Shown here piece after piece: positions 57,042-64,000 of a stretch of 64,000 nucleotides of DNA. The notes beneath the pieces are model-generated. The model ran no database searches. It saw only the letters and a program-made list of their open reading frames with translations, and had not been told where the DNA came from. The first letter of the stretch is position 1; the number at the start of each line of letters is the position of its first letter. The position numbers were made by a program, and so were the translations under genes. Origin of the DNA: Candidatus Adlerbacteria bacterium GW2011_GWA1_54_10 (GTDB lineage: Bacteria; Patescibacteriota; Minisyncoccia; Phycocordibacterales; SBAW01); assembly GCA_001004665.1 (NCBI GenBank), contig LCRO01000003.1, positions 63,984 through 127,983 on the forward strand, given 5' to 3'.

Positions 57042-57716
57042 CTAATGACGGGCCTTGAGCGAACTTATTACCAACTCGAACTGCGCTTGCGGCATGGCGC
57101 CTGAAACCGGCACTTGCTCCCCATAGCCGTAAACGACGGTAAAGGGCGTGCCCGAGGCTCCATTTGCGTAGGCCTCTTGCGTGTCGGCGTCCACTCTGGA
57201 AGCGTATTTTTCTGACGCCGTACAGGTGTCGTATTGTGCAATGTCAGCGCCAAGCGCGTGTGCATATTCTTTGTACTTAGCTGTGCTCATCACGCTTTGG
57301 TCCGCAAAGACGCGCTCGGAAAATTCAAAAAATCCGTCATTCCCCAACTGCTCGGCTATACACTCGCCCGCGAGCGCCGCCCCGCGCGCCTCCGCATGAA
57401 TGCTCTGAAGTGGGAGGTGGCGATAGATCCATGCGACACTCCCGCCTGACTTGTCTACAAGCGTCTTAAGCGTCGGGTGCACGCGCGCGCAGTATGGGCA
57501 TTCAAAATCGGAATATTCTATAAGAGTTACGGCGGCGCTTGGAGAGCCGTAGAGGTGGTCGTCGGCGCGCGGCGCTCGCACGTTTGCGGTTGCTGACTGT
57601 CGGTCATTGGCTGCTTCCTGCGGCGGATTGTATTTTGTATAAAGGACCGCGCCTGCAATGATTATACCGGCAGTAACGATGGCCACGGAGGGACTGATGT
57701 TGAGTTTTTCGGACAT
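57042..57716 (-). CDS. DsbA-like thioredoxin-fold thiol:disulfide oxidoreductase
   Basis: 224 aa; N-terminal TM helix; CPYC active site. Confidence 0.8.
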   Translation of the reverse strand: MSEKLNISPSVAIVTAGIIIAGAVLYTKYNPPQEAANDRQSATANVRAPRADDHLYGSPSAAVTLIEYSDFECPYCARVHPTLKTLVDKSGGSVAWIYRHLPLQSIHAEARGAALAGECIAEQLGNDGFFEFSERVFADQSVMSTAKYKEYAHALGADIAQYDTCTASEKYASRVDADTQEAYANGASGTPFTVVYGYGEQVPVSGAMPQAQFELVISSLKARH

Positions 57717-57742
57717 ATATCAATCATTATAACGCCCTATCT

Positions 57743-58171
57743 TTACTGCTTCTTCTGCAGGCGCTCAACATCCTGCATTAATTTTTTAAGGCCGTCGTGT
57801 ATCTGCTCGAGAGTTTGTTTTTGCTGCTGTTTGCGTATCTCATCCTCTTTCTCCTCCTCGCTCATCTCCTCTACGTCCTCTTGGAGCTCGTCAATATCTT
57901 CCTGTATCTCGTCTATGTCCTGCTCGACTTCCTCTATCGCGTGGCCTTGGGCGTTCACGGTCATTTGGATAAATATGGCGAGATAAATCGCCTCGAGCGA
58001 CACCGCAGTCGTCAATACGAGCAGCATTCTGTCGAAGGGGAGTAGGCGCGCATACACCGCGCCGAAGCTCGCGATGAACACTATCGTGTGGACGATTATG
58101 GACGCGGGCGAGCCCACCGCGCGCGTCACCGCGAGCGCCGAGCGCTCCAACCGCTGTTTGGTTTCCTTCAT
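57743..58171 (-). CDS. Small membrane protein with acidic coiled-coil C-terminus
   Basis: Start trimmed to MKETKQRL (ORF track start overlaps tRNA-His); 2 TM helices then EEVEQDIDEIQEDIDELQEDVEEM. Confidence 0.4.
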   Translation of the reverse strand: MKETKQRLERSALAVTRAVGSPASIIVHTIVFIASFGAVYARLLPFDRMLLVLTTAVSLEAIYLAIFIQMTVNAQGHAIEEVEQDIDEIQEDIDELQEDVEEMSEEEKEDEIRKQQQKQTLEQIHDGLKKLMQDVERLQKKQ

Positions 58172-58172
58172 G

Positions 58173-58245
58173 GGCGATCGCCGGGAATCGAACCCGGATT
58201 GAGAGCTCCACAAGCTCCAGTGTTGACCGTTACACCACGATCGCC
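58173..58245 (-). tRNA. tRNA-His (anticodon GTG), genome-encoded G-1
   Basis: rc: G|GCGATCG..GGAGC-TTGTGGA-GCTCT..CCGGG-TTCGATT-CCCGG-CGATCGC-C; G-1 pairs with discriminator C73. Confidence 0.8.
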
Positions 58246-58267
58246 ATACAAATATTCTACTACCAAG

Positions 58268-58351
58268 TGCCCAGGGGGAGATTCGAACTCCCATGCCCTT
58301 GCGGGCGCTACCACCTCAAGGTAGTACGTCTACCAATTTCGCCACCTGGGC
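58268..58351 (-). tRNA. tRNA-Leu (anticodon GAG), long variable arm
   Basis: rc: GCCCAGG-TG-GCGAAATTGGTAGACGT-A-CTACC-TTGAGGT-GGTAG-(15-nt arm)-GGGAG-TTCGAAT-CTCCC-CCTGGGC-A. Confidence 0.8.
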
Positions 58352-58363
58352 ATTGAAACGAAA

Positions 58364-58834
58364 TTATTCTACCGCAATCTCTACTTTTTGTGGAGCCTCG
58401 GGCTCCGAAGATTTTTCTTCCGCAGTTTCCGCACTGCCGATCTGCATCTGCCGGCGCATGGCGTGCTTAATCTCGCTCGCGGCTTTGCGGCGGATAAAGT
58501 AAAGTTTGGCGCGCCGCACCCGCGCGCGGCGCAATATTTCTATGGAATCTACTATCGGCGAATAGAGAGGAAATATTTTCTCAACCCCCACCCCGCTCGC
58601 GACCCGCCGCACGGTAAAAGTCGCTCCGGCTTCCGTGCCGTGTTTGACCGCAAGCACCATACCTTCGAAAGCCTGTCTGCGCACGTTGCGGGTAGTGACC
58701 TCTTTTTTGTTGGCCGCCTTGCCTATCTTCAGCTCCTCTATCTTTTGCCATACGCGCACGGTGTTTCCTGCGCGAATGCCGAGCTTCCTGCGCGCATCCA
58801 TATCAACAGGCGAAATTTTGACTGCGGATTTCAT
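58364..58834 (-). CDS. rplS: 50S ribosomal protein L19 with C-terminal extension
   Basis: Start trimmed to MKSAVKISPV; RRQAFEGMVLAVKHG...FTVRRVASGVGVEKIFPLYSPIVDSIEI.RRARVRRAKLYFIR. Confidence 0.85.
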   Translation of the reverse strand: MKSAVKISPVDMDARRKLGIRAGNTVRVWQKIEELKIGKAANKKEVTTRNVRRQAFEGMVLAVKHGTEAGATFTVRRVASGVGVEKIFPLYSPIVDSIEILRRARVRRAKLYFIRRKAASEIKHAMRRQMQIGSAETAEEKSSEPEAPQKVEIAVE

Positions 58835-58901
58835 GCCGGCGCAGTTTAACACAATCGATAAAGCGAAGCAAAAGTTCTTTGTGGAGGAGTTGGGGTCGTG
58901 T

Positions 58902-59570
58902 TTATCTCTCCGGAGCAAAGAACTTTTGCGAAGCGCTTAAAAAATCCTGCGGGAGCTGGGCTTCGAAATACATCCCCTTGCCGTTTGGGTGTTTGAGGCG
59001 CAGCGAGAGCGCGTGGAGGGCGAGCCGATTAAACCCGAGGAGCATCGGTCGGCCCGGCGCGTAAAGTTTGTCGCACAAAATAGGGTGCTGAATCGCGGCA
59101 AAATGCACGCGTATTTGGTGCGTCCGGCCGGTCTTTGGGAAAATCTCCACATACGCCGCGCCCTCCGTGTTTTTAATAAGCCTATACATAGTAACCGCAT
59201 CGCGGACAGTGCCGTACGGCGTACGCGCGCTACGCGGCCCGAGGCCGCCGCGCGCAGACCCTATGGGCTTGTCTATTATGCCGCGCTCGTCTTTAAGATT
59301 GCCGTATACAAAGGCGCGATAAACTTTCTGCACTTCCCTGTTCTTGAATTGTTTTTTTAAAAACTCGAATGCATTTTGCGTGCGCGCGACCGCCAAGACG
59401 CCGCTCGTCTCCCTGTCGATGCGGTGCACGATATGGAATTCCGGATATTTTTTGCGCAACCAATCAGTCAGGGTTTCGCGCTCGGCGTGCCTGTCCTCGA
59501 TCACCTGCAACCCAGAGGGCTTGTCGACGACGATTAATTCGCTATCCTCGTATAAGATTTTCGGTTCCAT
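58902..59570 (-). CDS. RluA-family pseudouridine synthase (no S4 domain)
   Basis: 222 aa; HRIDRETSGVLAVAR catalytic Asp motif, TGRTHQIRVH. Confidence 0.85.
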   Translation of the reverse strand: MEPKILYEDSELIVVDKPSGLQVIEDRHAERETLTDWLRKKYPEFHIVHRIDRETSGVLAVARTQNAFEFLKKQFKNREVQKVYRAFVYGNLKDERGIIDKPIGSARGGLGPRSARTPYGTVRDAVTMYRLIKNTEGAAYVEIFPKTGRTHQIRVHFAAIQHPILCDKLYAPGRPMLLGFNRLALHALSLRLKHPNGKGMYFEAQLPQDFLSASQKFFAPER

Positions 59571-59594
59571 GTTTACATTGAGCTCTTCGAAGTG

Positions 59595-59667
59595 TGCACC
59601 CTCCAGGATTCGGACCTGGGACCTTCGCAGTGTAAATGCGCTGCTCTACCAACTGAGCTAAGGGTGC
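59595..59667 (-). tRNA. tRNA-Val (anticodon TAC); T-loop reads TCCGAAT (C at position 55)
   Basis: rc: GCACCCT-TA-GCTCAGTTGGTAGAGC-A-GCGCA-TTTACAC-TGCGA-AGGTC-CCAGG-TCCGAAT-CCTGG-AGGGTGC-A. Confidence 0.7.
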
Positions 59668-59670
59668 ATG

Positions 59671-59742
59671 CGCCCTCGGGAGGATTCGAACCTCCAAGAT
59701 CGGGATAGAAGCCCGACAGTTTGTCCATTAGCTTACGAGGGC
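59671..59742 (-). tRNA. tRNA-Arg (anticodon TCT)
   Basis: rc: GCCCTCG-TA-AGCTAATGGACAAACT-G-TCGGG-CTTCTAT-CCCGA-TCTT-GGAGG-TTCGAAT-CCTCC-CGAGGGC-G. Confidence 0.7.
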
Positions 59743-59765
59743 AATTGCGCACTACGATACCATAT

Positions 59766-60089
59766 TTATTTCACTCTTGCGCCGGGCGAGGCGCCCGGCG
59801 CTTCGAGCAAGGCAAAAGGCTCCTCTCCCCCGCCGACAGCCAAAATCATCCCTTGGCTCTCGAGGGAGCGTATGACCCGCGGTTCAAGATTGTAGGCGAA
59901 CGCGACTTTTTTTCCGACCAATACCCCCGGTTCCGGAAAGTATTCCGAGATGCCGGAGATTATCTGCCGCCGCTCGACTCCAAAATTGACCTCAAGCCGT
60001 AAAAGCTTGTCGGTGTCGGGAACCTTCTCGGCGGAAAGTATCTCGCCTATGCGTATCTCCAATTTTTTAAATTCGTCTATCGTAATCAT
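59766..60089 (-). CDS. Stand-alone tRNA-binding domain protein (CsaA/Trbp111/MetRS-C-terminal-like, OB fold)
   Basis: 107 aa; ...KIRIGEILSAEKVPDTDKLLRLEVNFG...VGKKVAFAYNLEPR.I. Confidence 0.75.
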   Translation of the reverse strand: MITIDEFKKLEIRIGEILSAEKVPDTDKLLRLEVNFGVERRQIISGISEYFPEPGVLVGKKVAFAYNLEPRVIRSLESQGMILAVGGGEEPFALLEAPGASPGARVK

Positions 60090-60100
60090 TTACCTACAAC

Positions 60101-60514
60101 CTACTCCCCATTCCCTTGCCTATCAAGATAACCTTGTAAAATTAAAGCGGCGGCGGCGGCATCAAGTTTTTCTTGCGAGGGGCTCTCTTTGCGCGATCCG
60201 TCGGGCGCGTACTGACGCGCGGCTTGAGCGCTGGTAAAAAACTCCCGCTCATATTCGATTGGCAAATGCGAGAGCTCCTCCAAATCTTTTTTAAACCGCT
60301 CGATGTCCTCCATCACCGCATTCGGCTCGTTCTTGAAGTTGCGCGACTCGCCAATTATTATTTTTTCTGCGCCGTTTTTCTTAACAAGCTCCGCAATTTC
60401 CGAGAGCGCCGAGCGTCCGGACTCGACAGCCGCAAGCGGAAAAGCCACGCGGCCACCCTCGTCGGAAACCGCAATCCCTATCCTCTTCGTGCCGTAATCA
60501 ATGCCTAGATATTT
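60101..60514 (-). CDS. ruvX: Putative pre-16S rRNA nuclease / Holliday-junction-resolvase-like YqgF (RuvX)
   Basis: MKYLGIDYGTKRIGIAVSD...IIIGESRN; RNase H-like fold. Confidence 0.8.
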   Translation of the reverse strand, partial: KYLGIDYGTKRIGIAVSDEGGRVAFPLAAVESGRSALSEIAELVKKNGAEKIIIGESRNFKNEPNAVMEDIERFKKDLEELSHLPIEYEREFFTSAQAARQYAPDGSRKESPSQEKLDAAAAALILQGYLDRQGNGE

Positions 60515-60784
60515 CATGGTAAGGCTGGCCACTCGGGATTCAAACTCTGTGAGCCGATCCCTATAAGGGTATTCTAGCGCGTCCGAGAGCGCTTTGCCGA
60601 AGCCTTCGGGTCTGGGCTACTTTTTCCGAAATCCGACAAATCCGACACACACACATCGCTACGCCGGATGGTTTTTACTTTGATGCGTGTACCGACATTG
60701 CTGAGAGGGGGCGATTGACCCCTCTGACTCACGAATTCGTGGAGAAGGAACTGCAAGAAAAATACCTTTCTTTGTTAAAGGATT

Positions 60785-62086
60785 TTATACGGCAGTAACG
60801 GATGGTTTAATTTCCGTACCGTTCGCGGCGGTCTTTCTATCTCTCCTAAGATTTTGGTACAAGGATAAGAGCTGGCTAGAAATATGGGAGCTCTTAAATT
60901 GACTCGCGCTCGCCTTAGCTGCCTCTGCCATGACAAGGCGTTTCTGATCATCCGCCAGAAGCTCTCGCGCTCGGGCGCAGGCCTCTTCCATAGTCGAAAC
61001 GATATAGCCGTTTTCTCCGTTCTTAATAACTTCCGGCACGACGCCGACCGAGTATGCAATTGGCACCAATCCCTGCGACATACCCTCCACTAGACTAAGA
61101 GAAAACCCTTCGTAGCGGGAAGAAACAAAGAGTAGACTGCCGTAGAGTGGTGCTAAGGCTCCCGGGATAAGGTCTTTGCGTAGGTTGGTATACATGTAGT
61201 GCTTGGGGAACGCTATGTGCAGCCACTCTTTGAGCTTGCGGTTGGTAGTCATGCAGACCGTAGTCTTTGGCGTATTTGGAAAAGCGCGGTAGAAGTTTAC
61301 GAGACGCGAGAACCCTTTGAGTTTGAGGGTAAATACATCGCCTCCGAGCCTGCCAAGAAAGACCAAGTGAGGCGGCTGAGTTACCGTAGGGCGTTGCGGC
61401 TCAAACCAGTAGTCCTCAATGGCATTGTGTATGACCGTTATGCGCTCCTCTGGTATCTGCATTTCCATAAGCTCGTTTTTTACCTTTTTCGAGGTAACGA
61501 TACATGCAGCTGCGCGAGTGGCCGCGACCGCTTCGATATCGGCGACATCTTCCATGGGACGGAAAGTCTTAAGGTCGAGTTCAGGGATGATATCTAGCTT
61601 TGCCAATTCCTTGAACACACCTTGCTCTTCCTTGGGAAGACGGCGTGTTGCCGGTACGGCGTCAAGGTAGCCGCGAATGGTAGAACCAAAATGGCACACC
61701 ACCGGCACATTGAATGAAAGGAACGGGAGCGGTGTGTAGGTGGTGCCTTGGATGATATGATTTTTAAGAATTTCCTCCTTGTGTTCGAGGAGCGAATGAA
61801 AAAAGAGTATGTTGGCGATACCTTTTAGGTGGACCGGGGTATCAGTCAACTGGTGACGAGGGAAGAAGTTACGTACCCGCGCACCGCGCTCGGCAAGGGC
61901 GTTGCTCATAAGCTCGTTGATGTGGTGCGCTCCAGTCGCGATTTTCTTATCGTTATGAATGAAGGCGACTTTCAAGCCGTTCCCTTTGGGAATAGGGGCA
62001 GTCCGCTTAGGCCCGTTCCAATACCGCAAAAAAGAACGGGTAGCCGTATACGCCTTGCGGGTAAAATACTGGGTTGTGTTTTCCAT
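60785..62086 (-). CDS. GT4-family glycosyltransferase
   Basis: 433 aa; C-terminal EGFSLSLVEGMSQGLVPIA...NGENGYIV motif. Confidence 0.7.
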   Translation of the reverse strand: MENTTQYFTRKAYTATRSFLRYWNGPKRTAPIPKGNGLKVAFIHNDKKIATGAHHINELMSNALAERGARVRNFFPRHQLTDTPVHLKGIANILFFHSLLEHKEEILKNHIIQGTTYTPLPFLSFNVPVVCHFGSTIRGYLDAVPATRRLPKEEQGVFKELAKLDIIPELDLKTFRPMEDVADIEAVAATRAAACIVTSKKVKNELMEMQIPEERITVIHNAIEDYWFEPQRPTVTQPPHLVFLGRLGGDVFTLKLKGFSRLVNFYRAFPNTPKTTVCMTTNRKLKEWLHIAFPKHYMYTNLRKDLIPGALAPLYGSLLFVSSRYEGFSLSLVEGMSQGLVPIAYSVGVVPEVIKNGENGYIVSTMEEACARARELLADDQKRLVMAEAAKASASQFKSSHISSQLLSLYQNLRRDRKTAANGTEIKPSVTAV

Positions 62087-62091
62087 AGAGA

Positions 62092-64000
62092 TTACGAAGC
62101 ATATGCTTCGACCGGTCGCTCAGCCGTACGGCTGAGCTTTTTACGATACAGGTATTTCCGCGCCTCTTCCACCACCACTATTGACGCCGCGACCGAAATA
62201 ATCATCAGCCATTCAGAGAGGGAGAGCGGCACGGTGCGCAGGATTCCTTGCAGGAAGGGCGTATACACTGCGAGTATCTGAAGAAATATCACGAGCGTCG
62301 TAGCACCGAGCAGGAATTTGTTGGAGAAGAAATCCATCTGAAATATTGATTTGCTGTCGGAGCGGCAGTTCCATGCGTTGAACCATTGGAATACCGCGAG
62401 CGTCGTGAGCGAAACAGTCCATGCTTTCGCCAAGTCAGCTTCAAAGTATCCTTGGAAGAGAAATAGGGTGCCCAACGCCATCGGGAGCGCCATAAGCACC
62501 ATGCGCCGCGCCATGAGCCCGTCAACAATATATTTATTGGGCTTCTTGAACGCGCTGGAGAGAAGTCCCTCCTCTTTCGGTTCCATAGCGAGCGCAACGT
62601 CAAGAAACCCGTCGGTAACAAAGTTGAGCCAAATAATCTGTGCTGCGAGGACGGGCAGGGGGTATCCGAGCAACAATGCGCCGGTTATCACGAATACTTC
62701 TCCGAGACTTGTGGAGAACAGATATAAAATAACTTTCTTTATGGTCTTGTAAATACTCCGGCCCTCCTCCACTGCATAAACAATGCTACCGAAGTTGTCA
62801 TCAAGAAGGATGATGTCGGCCGCCTCTTTAGCAACCTCCGTACCTATTTTGCCCATAGCAACGCCGAGGTCGGCAGCCACCAGCGGCGGTGCGTCGTTGA
62901 CCCCGTCGCCGGTCATGGCGATTATTTCGCCACGTTTCTTGTAGGCGTTGACGATACGGAGCTTGTGCTCCGGCGTTACCCGCGCAAAGACCGATACTCC
63001 CTCGAGTTTTGCCGCAAGCTCCGCGTCGGACATCTCGTCAATTTCTGTCCCCGTGTACACCTTGTCGCCCTCCTTCCAGATACCCGCGTCTTTGGCTGTC
63101 GCGCGAGCGGTCAGCTTATGATCGCCGGTAATCATGACGACCTTTATTCCTGCCGCGGTAGCCCGCTCCATGGCTTCGGCCACCTCGGGCCGCAGGGCAT
63201 CCTGCATGCCAAAAAAACTTACGAACGTAAGGCCGCGCACCGCATCCGGAGTAAGTGCGGACGGCACTTGTTCGCGCACCGCTCCGGCCACTACGCGCAA
63301 TCCGCGCCCGGACATCTGCGTAAGGACTGCCTCGAGCTCCTCCTTGTCCTGCTTTCGCATTGGCTTGTTCTCGCCGTCGCGGCGGATTTGCGTACAGAGC
63401 GCGAGTACGGCTTCGGGAGCGCCTTCGACCGTGAGAAAATTCTTACTTTCTACTTTGTAGACCGTGGCATGATATTTGAGCTTGTAGTCAAACGGTAACT
63501 CCGCCACAAACGGCGACTCGCGCAAGAGGTCGTCTTTCATAAAACCTACTTTCTCACCAAACACGCGTATAGCGGCTTCGGTAGGGTCGCCCGACACGCG
63601 CCAGCGGCCCTCGGCCTCCGAGTAGGTTACTCGTGCATTGGCGCAGAACGCCGCCATTTTGCCCGTAAAGAGAAGTTCAGGATGGTTGGGGGCATCGACC
63701 ACCTTACCGTTAAGTTCAACAGATCCTTTCGGTTCGTACCCCACGCCGCCGATTTTAAATGTCTTGCTGTCGGTATATACCTCGCGGATCACCAACTCAT
63801 TTTTAGTAATGGTGCCGGTCTTGTCTACCGCGATGACTCGGGCCTGCCCCAAGGCTTCCACCGCCTGCAGCTTCTTTATAAGCGCGTTGCGCTTGGACAT
63901 GCGCCACACGCCGGTCGCCAAGACCAGCGTGATGACGATGGGCAGACCCTCGGGGATGATAGACACCGCGAGCGATACAACGGTCGTAAAAATAGTGACT
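62092..64000 (-). CDS. P-type cation-transporting ATPase (P2/Ca-Mg type), C-terminal ~630 aa; N-terminus beyond window end
   Basis: PEGLP (TM4), DKTGTITKN phosphorylation site, MTGDGVNDAPPL hinge, C-terminal TM helices. Confidence 0.85.
   Translation of the reverse strand, partial: VTIFTTVVSLAVSIIPEGLPIVITLVLATGVWRMSKRNALIKKLQAVEALGQARVIAVDKTGTITKNELVIREVYTDSKTFKIGGVGYEPKGSVELNGKVVDAPNHPELLFTGKMAAFCANARVTYSEAEGRWRVSGDPTEAAIRVFGEKVGFMKDDLLRESPFVAELPFDYKLKYHATVYKVESKNFLTVEGAPEAVLALCTQIRRDGENKPMRKQDKEELEAVLTQMSGRGLRVVAGAVREQVPSALTPDAVRGLTFVSFFGMQDALRPEVAEAMERATAAGIKVVMITGDHKLTARATAKDAGIWKEGDKVYTGTEIDEMSDAELAAKLEGVSVFARVTPEHKLRIVNAYKKRGEIIAMTGDGVNDAPPLVAADLGVAMGKIGTEVAKEAADIILLDDNFGSIVYAVEEGRSIYKTIKKVILYLFSTSLGEVFVITGALLLGYPLPVLAAQIIWLNFVTDGFLDVALAMEPKEEGLLSSAFKKPNKYIVDGLMARRMVLMALPMALGTLFLFQGYFEADLAKAWTVSLTTLAVFQWFNAWNCRSDSKSIFQMDFFSNKFLLGATTLVIFLQILAVYTPFLQGILRTVPLSLSEWLMIISVAASIVVVEEARKYLYRKKLSRTAERPVEAYAS

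Overview
The window reads as a gene-dense, roughly 58% GC bacterial chromosome segment. Inferring from the sequence features (unlinked and intron-bearing rRNA genes, short housekeeping proteins, many secreted low-complexity proteins), it looks like a Candidate Phyla Radiation / Patescibacteria-type genome; no taxonomy search was run.

Main content:
- **rRNA:** a minus-strand 16S gene (about 385-1647) whose 3'-terminal ~385 nt are non-canonical, probably an insertion or intron. A separate minus-strand 23S-5S unit (9910-13895) sits ~8 kb away. The 23S carries a ~0.7 kb group I-like intron in domain V that encodes a single-motif LAGLIDADG homing endonuclease.
- **tRNA:** four minus-strand genes (His, Leu, Val, Arg).
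- **Housekeeping genes, mostly minus strand:** secDF, folD, ftsW/rodA-like, rplJL, ftsK, recA, efp, rpsF-ssb-rpsR, tatD, metG, glyQS, recO, ileS, argS, glyA, thyA, folA, dCMP deaminase, rplK-nusG-secE, rplS, an rluA-family gene and a ruvX/yqgF-like gene.
- **Secreted or surface proteins:** a Zn-phospholipase-C-like protein and a three-gene cluster of proteins with peptidoglycan-binding domains.

Findings I consider most worth follow-up:
1. A compact IS200/RAYT-like unit at 19.6-20.4 kb: an HUH Y1 transposase bracketed by three copies of a 23-nt perfect palindrome. It also carries a 14-nt motif containing the DnaA-box consensus TTATCCACA, which recurs upstream of another gene start about 2.6 kb away.
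2. An IleRS with an embedded histidine-phosphatase (RHG...SHG) domain of about 160 residues.
3. A wHTH protein whose gene and promoter region carry about ten iteron-like TGTCCTTTA repeats, plus a perfect 11-5-11 palindrome in the divergent promoter shared with ftsK-(recA).

Three genes (secD, a GT4 glycosyltransferase, a TPR lipoprotein) are split by single frameshifts; secD is split at a T7 homopolymer, so assembly indels are a real possibility. No CRISPR array or recognisable defence system was seen.
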